A stretch of DNA of 64,000 nucleotides from positions 128,526,001 to 128,590,000 of the forward strand of contig OX597815.1 in assembly GCA_951406725.2 (NCBI GenBank). The letters are read 5' to 3'. This DNA is from Octopus vulgaris. Its lineage: Eukaryota. The translations under genes and the position numbers were made by a program. Below are positions 1 through 12,561 of this stretch, piece by piece. Numbering within the stretch: position 1 is the first letter of the stretch; each line of letters starts with the position of its first letter. The notes below the pieces were generated by a model. It ran no database searches. It saw only the letters and a program-made list of their open reading frames with translations, and was not told the origin of the DNA.

Positions 1-724
1 TTTAATTAATGAGTTTGTTTAAATGATTGATGAGGTGATATATTACAAAATGTAATGTTACCTATGAGTACTTTGAAAGATTTCTGTGCACAGCATAAAT
101 TTATTAACTATATATAAACTTATAATTATTTATTGTTGGAATTTTATGAAGCTATATATATTTGTATGTAGCTGTATAGCTACTTCTGACATTTATTTTA
201 AAATATCACCATCATCATTGTGGTCATTGTGTTTATGCCCATTTTTTCCATGCTGCCATGGGCTGGACAAAATATGGAGCTATATTTTATGGCTAGATGC
301 CCATCCTGATACAGTATTCCACTAATCTTGGCATATTTAACTGCCAAACTGCTAGACAGATGAACATCACTGTTACTTAAGCAGTATCAGTGCAGACTCA
401 TGGAGACACACAAAATTTATTTCTAGGTACCAAATTTCATTCACTCTGATAGCTAAGTGGAGACTCCTTTCCCCACCAAACCCCTAAACTTGAACCTCAC
501 CACTAGATGCAGTTTAAAGTGTTGCCCAGTATATATCTTCCCTCTATCCAATTTATTAAAAAAAAATTAATACATTTATATTATAAAATTTATCAAAATA
601 TATTGCCCAAAGTGAGTTACCATTTACTATGGCCAAAACATTACCTGAATTAACTTTTTGATTTTTTTTATGGTATTGTTCCAGAGACCGTTTAAGGGGT
701 TTAGTTGGACACCCCTGCTCCAAC

Positions 725-991
725 ACTTATCCTATTGATCTCTTTTGCCAAACCACTATGATATGGGGATGTAAACAAATCAATACAAGTTGTAAATCAG
801 TGCAGGCAGACAAACACAAAGAAATGCACACGCACAGGACAGACTTATACACAATTTCCGTCTAATCCATCTGTTAGGCATTTACTTAGGGCTACAGTAG
901 AAAATTTTCCAAAGGTAGAGTGCAGTGAGACCGAGCCTAAAACCACATCATTGCAAAATAAACTTCTTAAATACACAGCCATGCCTGCACC
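725..991 (-). mobile_element. tRNA-headed SINE, family B (decayed)
   Basis: Reverse complement begins aggtgcaggcatggctgtgtatttaagaagttt, matching the head at 19316-19470; the body matches the 3' module at 20712-20910. Confidence 0.6.
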
Positions 992-2084
992 TTTATAATA
1001 ATTTTATTTTATAAAATTTTTTGCTATTATATTGTGTTTTAGCAATGATTGCTGCAGAGTGTGTTTGGTGTATAGCTTGATTTTTATTCCTGTTCATAAT
1101 TAACCCACATTGCATATGTATCTACTGCCCTTCAGAAAAGCAGACACATTATATAATATCAGTTGATTTCTTTTATAATACTTTGTTCTTTGGTTGAATT
1201 TACACTGTAAAAGCATGTTCTTGCATGAAAAGTTATCAGATCCTCATACAAATTCTCCCCTCTGTATATCTTACTATTTTTAAAATTTGGGTGGGGTAGC
1301 CCTATGTGATGTAAATTGGGTTTTGCAAGTAAAATACTACCACTGTTGGCACTCAAGTGCAGTTGTAAGAATTCATGTAAGAATTTACATCTCTTTTAGA
1401 ATTATTGCACTGTTTGCGTTTTTAAAAGCATTCTTGGGGGAAAAAATATATAAATTAGTTGAGATGTATTTGCTGAAAAATGGTGTACAAGTAATCTTAG
1501 AATCTCTTGTTCTATAACTGCGAATTATATTATGTAGGTCAACCCTGAATGCATTTTCTCCTTTTATAGTTACTTTGTATTCCTAGTCAGACTTTTTATC
1601 TGAAATCTCATTTTCTGTGAAGGAAGGCAGTGCCTGAGACATTTTACAGAACTTCTGTGACTGGCAGAAAGAATGTATTTTCAAACCAGAGCCCTAATGC
1701 TAGCAAAAGAGTCATCATCATCATTTAACATCTATCTTCCATGCTGGCATGGGTGGGACAGTTTGACAGGATCTGACAAGTTGGAGGACTGTGGGTAATG
1801 CTAAACCAGGCAATGCATTTACTGCCAGAGTAGGCCAAGAACTCAAAATGTAATGAGTCAGGACAAATACTTCAAGGCATCCTGTTGGGTGTTCTTATGA
1901 GTAAGCCAATCCATCACTCTGGGTTTGTACTTTTTTTATTGTCCTTGAAAGTATGAAAGTTCAAGTTGACTTTGACATGATTTGAACTCAGAACAGAGAG
2001 AGTTAAAACAAATATTGCAAGGCATTCTGTTTAACAGGTTGTCATAATAATTAACATAAAATTGAATTTTAGGAAGTTATTTTT

Positions 2085-2322
2085 ATAAGTTTCAGTTGAA
2101 CATTGGGGGTTGATGTAATCAGCTGCCCCCCTCCAAATTTTAGGCCTTGTACTTATAGTAGAAAGACAACTTATTCTGCTGAGGTCAACTTTGTTTTTCA
2201 TCCTTTCGAGGTCAATAGATTAAGTACCAGTGAAACACTGGGGTTGATGCAATCAATTGTCTTCCTCTCCACAAAATTCAGGCCTTGTGCCCACAGTAGA
2301 AAGGATTATTATTATTATTATT
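2085..2322 (+). mobile_element. Two partial 3' halves of SINE family A, ending in a (TTA)n tail
   Basis: ctgaggtcaactttgtttttcatcctttcgaggtcaatagattaagtaccag core and ...gtagaaaggattattatt end are shared with the full copy at 3088-3311. Confidence 0.75.
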
Positions 2323-2323
2323 G

Positions 2324-2912
2324 ATGATTGTCTTGCTGCCCGCCTTTAATTGGACATGCAAGGCAGTTTCCCTTTGCCTGGTGGCTGTGGCAAAAGAAGT
2401 TGTGTGGTGGACGAGGCTGAAAGGCATGAGGGCAGATACTTTCCTCTTTGGTAGAGGTCTCATTGACTTCTTCAAGTTTCACTTGAAATGGAAATTGAAA
2501 GTCGAGAGACAAATGCTATCCTTGAGTGGTTTTATTGAAAGGTGGGTGAAAGTTGCAAAAATAGTAAGAGTGGATGGTACCTCTCTAAGTGTAGACCTGT
2601 GAGTTGGAGAAAGGGAAATGGAAGGAGTGCTTGCTCTTGATTTTCAGGGAGATCTCAGACAGTAGGGTTCCTTGATTATCCCTAGAGGTCATTCTGTATC
2701 AGGAGAGCTATATCTCTATCATCCCTGCCTTTTCTTTTTAACTTTGTATACTGTGTATATTTCCCTTCTTTTTCATTGTATACTGTGAATATCCCCCTCT
2801 TTTTTATTTTATCATTTCATTATATGTAAATCCCCACACTTTGTGCCAGTCTTTGTATTGTCTCCCCTCATCCACCCTTGTGGCAAATAAGTGATATTAT
2901 TATTATTATTAT
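2324..2912 (+). mobile_element. 5'-truncated Tx1/L1-clade LINE: ORF2 C-terminus plus 3' UTR
   Basis: ORF 2321-2602 (LVAVAKEVVWWTRLK...FFKFHLKWKLKVER...FIERW) resembles the Tx1/L1 ORF2 C-terminal pattern (K..iW..R...F...L..E...F...W). A T-rich UTR follows, ending aaataagtgat(att)n. Confidence 0.65.
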
Positions 2913-3087
2913 TGTAGTGAGCTGACAGAGTTACTAAAGCATCAGACAAAATGCTAAGTGGCTTTACTTCTGGCACTTTAGGTTCCAAGTTCAAAAACTA
3001 AGTATCAGTTGAGCACTGGAGGTTGATGTAATTGACTAACTCCTCCCCCCAAATTTCAGGCCTTATTATTATCGTTATTATTACTAT

Positions 3088-3311
3088 AAGGTGGCAAGTT
3101 GGTAGAATCATTAGCCCGCTGGGCAAAATGCTTAGCGGTATTTCGTCTGCCGCTACGTTCTGAGTTCAAATTCTGCTGAGGTTGACTTTGTCTTTCATCC
3201 TTTCAGGGTCGATAAATTATCATTGAAACACAGGCGTCGATATAATTGATTAGTCCCCTCCACCAAAATTTTGGGCCTTGTGCTAATAGTAGAAAGGATT
3301 ATTATTATTAT
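3088..3311 (+). mobile_element. Near full-length tRNA-derived SINE, family A (central domain possibly MetaSINE-like)
   Basis: A-box-like tggtagaatcattagc, B-box-like gagttcaaattc, central gttgactttgtctttcatcctttcagggtcgataaa, tail gtagaaagga(tta)n. At least 7 further copies occur in the window; a partial copy lies at 2913-3066. Confidence 0.8.
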
Positions 3312-4864
3312 TTTGCCCTATTGAAATTGTTGTTTAAAAACAGATGAACAAACAGGAAAATATAAGTTGAATATTCATGATAATATATTAACTGTTTTTG
3401 AATAAGTATTGTAACTAAGAAAAAAATAATTGAATAATATCATTAAATGCAAGTAGAATAAGTTTATAAGTCTCTAACAAAGACTTGATATTAGGTTACC
3501 TATATTATAAAAGAAAATACTAGTTATAGCTTCTTGGCAGCAAAGTATGAACTATGAGAAGTAAATGGAAGACTACTTTTTCTTAAATTCACAAATGTAG
3601 AACTGTTAAATGAAAGTTTCCTGAAATTCCATAAATTACGTTTGCAAACATGATAGGCAATTCCCCCAAGATTAGCAAAGTGATCTTGAGTCATTTTGGA
3701 ATGTAAATAAGTAATGTATGCTATGCTATTACCATCTGGCAAACTAAGCTATGTAGAATGAATGTTACTCCTAGAAATTGTATCATCAACAATGACATTT
3801 TCCTACAATTGATGAAAAAATATGGAATGAAAAGTCACCTGGGAAAGATGTGGTTGTTTGTGTGAAAAGTTGACATTTCATATTCATTTAGTGATTTCTA
3901 GTGAAGAAAAAGTAAAAGAAAATGTTTAACATCAAATTAGAAGCTAAGAATAGAGGGGAAAAAGTAATTTATCAAGGAAGTTTAAGTATATTACAGATGT
4001 AATGTTCGAGGTAAATATGCTTATAAAGTTATATAATAAGTTGCCTGAATTAATTTCTTCAAAATTTTTTAGGTGCAGGGTGTGTAGGCTGTGAGTTGTC
4101 ACAAAAGAAGGAACTGTTCAGAACAGTTTCCTGTAAACAAGATGGTCTTCTGTTTACTTGCAAATCTTCAATATAATGGTCCAGTGACAGCTCAGTTGGG
4201 GTTTGCAAAAATATCTGTCCTTTTGTAGGTACTATAAGCACAAAGTTTCTACTTTTAATAACTGTAGTTATGAACATTGTAATAACTATCAACATTTTAA
4301 TAAATATAGGTATCAGCATCAGTCTGCTCTTAACAGAAATGGATTTTATTGTTCCAGCAAATCCACAACTTGGTCTGTTCCAATAGCAGAGCTGTTAATC
4401 TGGCTAAAGGAATTCTTAGCTATATGACACACATATACACCATCACACAAGTTCATTATAAACTGAGCCAGGATTGCAAATCTGATTACTGGTGGCAATC
4501 CAATTACTATCTGTTTTCTCTGTCTTTGATAAGAACTGCTTTAATTAATTTTGTTAGAACTGAATAAATAGTAATTCTGAAAGCTATTGAAATTATAGAA
4601 GCTGTTGTCTTTCATCAACAAGCTCATCCTACACCATAATGCCTTTGAAAATTTTTCTACCATTGTTTAGAATACAAGATTCTTAAAGAAATCCATATGT
4701 TGCCTGTTTTACAGTTTTATTGTAGTTTGCTTAACCTATTAACATTTAGTGTGAAAAAAATGTATTTTACTAGGTGGTGTGAGGAAATTTGATAGTTTCT
4801 TTTAAATTTTTTTATAAGGCTTAGTATATTTTAGCCATCTTGGACTAGTGGTTTTAAATTCCCT

Positions 4865-4869
<5 letters not shown>

Positions 4870-4910
<41 letters not shown>

Positions 4911-5213
4911 CCATACATACATATGTATGTATGGATATATATATATATATATATATACAAACATACACACACACATGAGGTGGGTACTGGATTGTTTCTA
5001 GCATGGGGTAAAAGAAAATGCAGACTGATCAGTTAATTATGATTCTATATCACATGTTCCCCCCTAAGATCCACACACATATTGCAGCAGTTCTTCAGTT
5101 TTTTTTAAGCCCTGTAAAAAAACTCGGAAGGTTGGGCCTCCAAGCAGGTATTATACAGTAGCCTTAAAGTCAAGAACTTTTTAGCACCCCTTATGTATGT
5201 ATGTATGTATGTA

Positions 5214-5251
<38 letters not shown>

Positions 5252-5276
5252 CGTGCGTACGTGCGTACGTACGTAC
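4870..5276. repeat. (TA)n, (TATG)n and (TG)n microsatellites
   Basis: Directly visible at 4870-4975 and 5193-5276. Confidence 0.9.
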
Positions 5277-5444
5277 TTTGAATTTGAATATTTCAAATTC
5301 AAAATGGCTGATGTCTAGCTCGAAACTAAAGAGTACCAATGAATTTGAATCAAACTGTTTTGATATATACACACACACACATACATACATATCTGGTAAC
5401 TTGCACCATGCTTTCACTTATTGTTTAAGATACCTGTGTAGCTG

Positions 5445-5600
5445 CCAGCAGATAGCTGCATTTATAAGCAGATGAACAAACTAGAACAGTGTGAGATGAT
5501 GTGCCTTGCCTAAGGATACAATATGCTGATCACTCCAGAAATTGAAGATATGAGTTCATTATCATGAGTCCAACACCCTTACCATAAGGCCATGTATCCT
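5445..5600 (-). mobile_element. tRNA-headed SINE, family D (decayed)
   Basis: Reverse complement matches the copy at 28195-28410 (catggcttagtggttaaggtg...gagcaaaacacttcatttcac...cagtccactcagctg). Confidence 0.55.
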
Positions 5601-5747
5601 CCTCCTGTGTGTCTTTCCAATTGTGAACCACTCACCAGCATGTTGCAAATACTTATATTACACTTGAAAACTGATAATATGCATATTCAGCTTTTAACAA
5701 GATTTGAACCAATGCATAAGATAGATATGAAGCAAAATATCTATTAA

Positions 5748-5974
5748 CCTTTTCATTACCATTTTTGGGTTGATATATATATATAATGCCTTTGCTTCAA
5801 TTAATTTTGAAAATAATGAAGAATTAATAAAATAACTTTGTCATGGTTATTCTGGCATTTGTAACATAAATCAACATGAAACTTTGATGGAAGGTTTTAA
5901 TCTAGATCGCTTTAAATCAAAATGTTTGTATCATAGATCCAAGGGCAGTTTCAGGTGGCTTAGCATCAAATGGG
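5748..5974 (+). mobile_element. piggyBac-type MITE, family B (~225 bp)
   Basis: Flanked by TTAA at 5744-5747 and 5975-5978, with CC(C)TTT...AAA(T)GGG termini; at least 7 further copies in the window. Confidence 0.8.
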
Positions 5975-6209
5975 TTAAACAAAATTCAGAATCCCAAGGC
6001 AAGAAAAATATATACATCAAGCAATATTTATGCAAATAACTGTACTGAAAGACTTCACTTAATAAACGGAAACATCACATGTGCATAAAGCATAAAGTCA
6101 AATCTGACCGCTTTTTGCTATCTTGTGTTATTAATCCAGTAATATATTTGAATAAATAGTAAGAGAAATTAATGCACTACATCTGTGTCATACACCAAGT
6201 ATTTATTTT

Positions 6210-6930
6210 TGTGTGTGTGTGTGTGTGTGTGTATAGACTTATATTTGTGTATGTATCTATGTTTATACATATAAATGTATATATGCATGTATGTGTATAT
6301 AGATAGGTATTTGTATATATCTATGTTTATACATATAAATGTATATAGCTAGGTATTTGTATATATGCATATTTATACCTATGAATGTACATATGCATGT
6401 ATGTGTATATAAATAGATATTTGTGTGTGTATATATATATGTATAAACGATGATGATGATGCATATATGCATATTTATATATATGTGTACATGTGTGTGA
6501 ATGTGTATTTATGAATATATAATAGCTGTAGCCCTTGTCATCTGCTATAATCAGTCTGAGTATCTACATTTGGAATGTTAATAATACTAGTTTCACCTCT
6601 CCAAAGTGCAGGCCTTATCAAAGTTTTTTTCTTTAGTTTTTTTTTTTTTATGTAGGGATGGAATCCAATGGGTTAGGCTTGTAATCTCTTGCTTAACGCC
6701 TCAACAACCAGAATAAACTCTGGCCTAATGAGCCTTTATTTTCATGATGGGTTTCAGCTTATATATGAAAATTATATACATACATATGTATATATGTGTA
6801 TATATGTATGTATATATATATATGTATGTATGTATGGATATGTGTGTGTATGTGTATATTTGTATATATGTATGTATATATATATATGTATGTATGTATG
6901 GATATGTGTGTGTATGTGTATATTTATATG

Positions 6931-6976
<46 letters not shown>
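6210..6976. repeat. Compound TA/TG microsatellite tracts
   Basis: Visible at 6210-6520 and 6774-6976; these produce the poly-YI/VC ORFs in the track. Confidence 0.9.
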
Positions 6977-6977
<1 letters not shown>

Positions 6978-7095
6978 CCGTAGAAACTGTGCCAAATCAG
7001 ACTGGAGTCTGGTGCAGCCCTCCAGCTTGCCAGCCCTAGTCAAACCATCCAACTCATTCCAACATGGACAATGGACATTCAGTGACATATGATGG
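6977..7095 (+). mobile_element. RTE LINE 3' end fragment
   Basis: gtagaaactgtgccaaatcagactggagtctggtgcagcc...ccaacatgga matches the 3' UTR of the RTE copies at 19494 and 24148. Confidence 0.7.
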
Positions 7096-7237
7096 TATGG
7101 ATTGGATAGGATTTTTTTTTTAGGCTGTAATTTATGCCTGCACACTCTTTCTCGTCCCACACATTTAGTCACTTATAGCATTAGTGGACATATTATGCCG
7201 AATTTAAAAATCAGGACAGACACATACACGCACACTA

Positions 7238-7525
7238 AATCATCATAGTTATCGTTTTATGTTTGTATGCCATGCTGGCAATTGTTGGACAGTTTAACAG
7301 GATCTGACTAGCCTGGGGGTTGCATTGGTCTCCAATGTCAGCCCTTCCTAACTTTAACCACTTTACAGCATGTGCTGGGTGCTTCTTTTTGGCATTGGCA
7401 CTAGTGAGGTCATCAAGTAACCACAAGACACGACTTGACATGAGTCGGAGTGCAATAGTAAGGGAGATGTCTTTTTGCCTGGTGTTGAGAAGTCAAAGTA
7501 TGAAAGAGGGACAGGAGCAGACATG
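7238..7525 (-). mobile_element. RTE LINE 3' end fragment, opposite in orientation to 6977-7095
   Basis: catcat...ccatgctggc...ttggacagttt...aaccactttacag...gggtgct pattern of the RTE tail read in reverse. Confidence 0.6.
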
Positions 7526-8313
7526 TATTTTTTTTTTAATGTGCTGACTAATATTTTTGCTTTATCTAAAACTTTCATTTCTTATTAGGAAACTAGTATT
7601 ATTAACTAATTCTGTGCATATGAACTAAGAGAACAAAGAATTTTCAAATACTCTTTTGTTAATATAAAACTGATTGTTCTTTAAAGGTATAAATTATAGT
7701 ATTGTCATCATGAAATATAATTTAGTTTGTAAATGCTGATAAAGAAATTTCTTCTGAATTAAATATTAAAATTGCTAGAGCTAAAGTCTCTAGTCAATTG
7801 AATATGTAAACAAAAATTCTGATGATAAATTGATCAAATATCATATGTGATGGCAGAATTTGTTGTTGTAATTGAAGAAAAAGACTTATGAGCAATAATG
7901 GTGAATACTTAATTATCATCACCTCTTAATTTATATCCAGTTTATACAGCTTCAGGAAACAATCAGAGCTATGTAGATTTATGGAAAAGTATTATGGGAT
8001 GTAATATGTTTTTTTTTTCAATGATGAATCATGAATGAAATCTTACGCAGACAGATTTGATATTTGCCCTCTTATTAATACAATATATTTTAACGTTTCT
8101 CTTACATTTTTATCATGTGGATATTTTTTTCTAAATTCATTTTAGCTTGTAAGTTGATCTGTATCAAATTGTATACAACCTAAGAGCCATGTTTTGGGGT
8201 TGGGCTTGTATAATTTCTGAGGTTCAAAGTATCACACCTCTCTTATGTAACATACATATATATATAATCATCGTTTAATGACCGTTTCCCATGCTGGCAT
8301 GCGTTATATATAC

Positions 8314-8361
<48 letters not shown>

Positions 8362-8364
8362 TGG

Positions 8365-8858
8365 GAAAATGCGAGCATGAAAGTAATATCCTTAAGATTA
8401 TAAACCTGGAAAAGTACGGGGCAAGTTATTACATCTGTAAAAGTATAGAACAAGCTATTACTTCTAGTAAAGTAAAGAAGAAACTTTTTACTTAAAATAT
8501 TGCAGCAAAGAATGCCAGTTCTTCTAATTTATCACTCTTTACAGTTCTCATCTTTTAAATTTATAGTACAAAACTGTTCAGCTAATTTGTAAGTTTGTCT
8601 AATTAGTCATTTTTTTTTCTCTATTTAAAGGTAGTAAATTAGCCAAATTCTATTTAAGTAAGTATAGTGTTATTTGTAAACTATAATAAAATGTTTTGAT
8701 ATTCAAATTTTTATTTTAGCTGCAATATTTTAAGTAAAAAGTTTCTTATTTACTTTACTAGAATAGCTTGTCCTATACTTTTACAGGTGTAATAACTTAT
8801 CCTGTACTTTTCCAATTTTATAATCTTAAGAATATGACTTTTCATGCTCACATTTTTC
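8365..8858. repeat. Long inverted repeat or foldback MITE: ~145-bp arms, ~200-bp spacer
   Basis: 8365-8513 (gaaaatgcgagcatgaaag...cttaaaatattgcagc) is the diverged reverse complement of 8713-8858 (gctgcaatattttaag...tttcatgctcacatttt). Confidence 0.85.
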
Positions 8859-9313
8859 TACTGAAAGATAATATTTCAATTTTTCCATGTAAGTGATGAT
8901 AATATTTCAATTTTTTTATGTATAATATAAATATATGTTGTGATTGAATTATTTGATATTACCCATCCACACCAAATTAATGGCAGGGATTTTTATATTG
9001 TTGGTTGCACCATGGCTCACCAAAAGTTACAAACAACAAGACCCCCAAACCATCAGTTACCAGGCTCACCTTAAGTAATCTAATTTTTGCAATATTAAGA
9101 AGGTCACAGGAATTCATTTAACGAAAAAAAAATTCCAATGATTCTGGGATTGAAGTGGGGGTGGGGACCCCACCTTATTTTTTCTGAACCAAAACAAGGA
9201 ATTTGCAGCATATTAGGAGGTCAGGATACTTGATTCCACTCAAAAAATCAAATTTTTTTTTTTTTTGTTCTTAGTGAAAATCGTGCAGGTGTTAATATAG
9301 AAATTTATCATAA

Positions 9314-9505
9314 TGTTGTTATTTAGCCTCAAACCAACCCTGATACTGCAACCTATCATCAAAGACATTCCAGCCTTCAGCAAAACGTCTTTTTAGGGAT
9401 AATCTAAGACATTACATACAATGGATGTGTTATTTAGGTAGGGGGATACTTTGGCTGCTATTTTTAGCGTGTCGGGCGACCAGGTAGAGGCTCTTTCATT
9501 GGTTT
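9314..9505 (-). mobile_element. SINE-like family C with (AAC)n-type end
   Basis: gttgttatttagcc...acctatcatcaaagacattccagcc...tttggctgctatttttagc is shared with 31020-31200, 38368-38560, 38680-38815 and 52848-53350. Confidence 0.6.
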
Positions 9506-9785
9506 GTTTCCGTCATGAGATGTTTTTACACATATACGCAATATGTATATATATATCATCAGTAGAAGTTAGACAGTAAGTCAAAAGCTAAGCGTTTTGT
9601 TTATTGGCACTCATCAAACATGAATTTGTCCATTGTCACTCTGTAACTTCTGATGAAATAACTTCTAAAATACAAAATTTTGTCAAAAATGTTAAGAGTA
9701 AACCCTGTTGTATGTGACACATTCTACCAGTCTCAGAAGTTTGAAAGTGTTTTGTTAAAAAAAATTAATGAAATAATCTATATGT

Positions 9786-9889
9786 CAAAGTCGACCTTGG
9801 CGAAATTTGAACTCAAAATGTAAAAACAGGTGAAATACCGCTAAGCATTTTGCCCAGCATGCTAACGTTTCTGCCGGCTCGCCACCTTA
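9786..9889 (-). mobile_element. 5' part of SINE family A
   Basis: caaagtcgaccttggcgaaatttgaactca...ctaagcattttgcccagcatgctaacg...gccacctt is the reverse complement of 3088-3190. Confidence 0.75.
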
Positions 9890-11383
9890 GAATGTGAATA
9901 TTCATTTTAGAAATATATTCCTTATTTTTATTGCTTAAGCGTTACTCCCTTAGTTATTGACATAAAATTTCATAATATTTTACTTCATAACCGTTTTTCT
10001 ACTAATTTTTGTTCAATCCAACTAACGATTCTGAATTCCCCATGCATTTTTCTATCATTTAAGCCTAAGAAAAGTATACTTTTAATTTAAAATTAAAAAG
10101 TTTATGCTAATTGAAAATGAATATCTGCCTTACTGCCCCACTTGAGGTCACATATTTTGATCTAACTTTTTTTCTACTGAACTAAATCTCAAGCTATTTA
10201 TGCCAAAGTGTATATATATATATATATGTATACAATATATATGTATATACATATATATGTATACAATATATATATATATATATATATATAACTGCTTGTA
10301 AATTTACATTAAAGCTCCTTTTTTTTTTCACAACCTCCTCTCAATATCTTTTAAGGACTTCAAATTAATATAACATTTTAATGGCACATAAGAAGCACTT
10401 TTTGCAAAAAGAAAATGTTAAAAAGGACCGCCCTGGGTCCTATATGCAAAGTTGTGCCTCCCGTAAGCTAATATTACATAGTTTAATGCAATAAATGCTT
10501 TTTTTTTTCTAAATATAGGCTGCTGAAATTGGGGTGCTTGTAAAGTGCCTGTACATTTTTTATGACATCAAATACAGTTTTCTTTTTCAATTTATCAATT
10601 TATCGCTATAACCTGTGGTTATTTTTCAACAAAATCTTTTTTGTGGTATGTGTTAAATTACTTATTCCAACATTCTTGGTGCATATTTTCTGACAATATG
10701 ATACCTTCCTCATTGTAAACCATTTTATAAACCATTCTATCATTCTAATTCTGTAACAGCTAGTTTTCAGCTAGTTACACTGTAATTCATTCTTATTCAA
10801 AAAAATAAATAAAATAAAATAAAAATAAACATATTATTAATTTCAAAATTGCTACTAAGTTTAACTGACTCTGTGAAGTTGACTGTACACATGAATAATT
10901 CATGTCCTTATCATTACAAAACGCTCCAGATTTCTATAGTTGTTTTGGGTTTTCCTTTTCGATGCTGTCAGAAAAATGTTGTCTGCAGTTTACATTTTGT
11001 GTGACCAACCATAAAATTTAATTTTTTTATTTTATTTATCTCATTTTCTTAAAGGATGGTTCAGTAATGTAGACATGAATTCAGATACCTTAATAAAATG
11101 ATTAGAGATGAGATGAATAAACATATAAGCGTTTTGATTGAGCTATGTGGGTTCAAGGAATGAAGTGAATTTAAATGAGTTGAAATTTCAAGCTAAGAAT
11201 TCTAAAACATCAAATATCATTTACAGAATAGAATGAAACCATTTTGTTGTGAGAGCATGTATAGAAAGAATAAATATTGATTTCTAACTTCAGCAGAAGT
11301 TCATGAGGTTATTTCTCACCCACTCCCTTACAATATAGTACATTACTGGTACTTAATATAATGGAATTCTGTTATTGATTTAA

Positions 11384-11600
11384 CTCTTTAACATTTAATC
11401 CAGCCATATCCACCCCAAATATTCTACTTGCTTTATATTCAAACTAGTCATATTTGGTCCCTCATACTTACCCTACAATGTCATTCTAAAAATAACAATT
11501 AGATCATAGAAATCTTGAAGTTTTGAGATAATGTATGATTAATTCAAAACAATGAATAAGCAAGCATTACATTTGACTGAGTAATCTAAATGTTAAAGGG
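11384..11600 (+). mobile_element. piggyBac-type MITE, family A (~217 bp)
   Basis: TTAA at 11380-11383 and 11601-11604; TIRs ctctttaacatt / aatgttaaaggg; other copies at ~36365-36550, 40650-40860 and 44266-44450. Confidence 0.8.
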
Positions 11601-12028
11601 TTAAATGGGGCTAAGTTGACCTTTATGTTCCTTTTTGGTCGATAAAGTATGTACTATTAAATCTAACATGCTCATCACAGCAAATTTATGACCTTATTAT
11701 ATATCAGTATTGGTCTTGCTCAGAAATACAACAAAATGTATGAAGTGCATATGAATTAACTCATATACATTTAGTTATTTCAGACTTAATAATCTGGATG
11801 GATGACTTAAATTGCTTATTCTTTATGTATTCATCATCATTTTACATCTGTTTTTATTTAAATAAAAGTGGTACTCAAATATTGCTGTCTCCTGTCCAGT
11901 TGAATGTAAATACAAGACAAATTGGTGAGGGAGAGTAAGTGTTATATATTATGGGCAACATATCTAAATGGAAATATTAAACAAATCTTAGCTTCTTCAG
12001 TACATCCATCCATCCAATATATATTTAA

Positions 12029-12561
12029 ACCATTTATCATATTTCTGTTGAAATACACTGCTTTTATTTCAACACTAGCAGTATCGCCCGGCGTTGCTCG
12101 GGTTTGTAAGGGAAATAACTATAAAGCATTTTTAGATAGTTATAGCCAAAATATAGCAAAGAAATGGGGAAAAAATGATGGTAAATTTTTTTTGAGAGTG
12201 AAAAAGGTGGAGTTGCGTCCCCTAGACAGTCTGTGGTTTGTGTTTCTGATTCTCGACCCCATGTCGAATTTATCGATTTTTTTCAGAACTGGGGGAACTT
12301 TTCAAAATTTTCGCTGCGTTAGGTTTGAATTATGACATTGGGCTATGTGTGTGTCAAGTTTCATCAGAATCGGTTGAAAGCCGTGGTCAGAGTGAGGGTA
12401 CAAGTAAACAGACACACAGAAACACACACAGACAAACTGCCGTTTATATAGAGAGAGATAACATGAAATTTTGATGAATGGTTTTAATTTTAATCACTTT
12501 AAAGCAGGAACATTTTATTATAGAACTAGGGGTGGTCTCAAGCAGGTTGATACAAACAGGA
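12029..12561 (+). mobile_element. piggyBac-type MITE family B, interrupted by a Helitron
   Basis: The left part (catatttctgttgaaatacactgcttttatttcaa) and right part (aacatgaaattttgatg...gttgatacaaacaggattaa) are both family B. About 70 bp of the family interior is missing near the insertion point. Confidence 0.7.
12075..12458 (-). mobile_element. Non-autonomous Helitron (young)
   Basis: On the minus strand it starts TC (tctctctctatataaac) and ends with the hairpin cccgagcaacgccggg plus CTAG. It sits between A and T with no TSD and is CpG-rich relative to its flanks. Confidence 0.85.

Noticed and set aside
3088-3180. tRNA genes at SINE heads (also 19316 and 28195)
   Set aside because: A/B boxes are present, but I cannot build an intact cloverleaf and each head continues into a repeated SINE body.
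10430-10580. Possible Tc1/pogo terminal remnant (and hAT-like ends near 37150-37255 and 38300-38335)
   Set aside because: Too decayed; I found no matching second TIR or TSD.
11922-12335. 137-aa ORF
   Set aside because: It runs across a MITE and a non-autonomous Helitron and has no recognisable domain.
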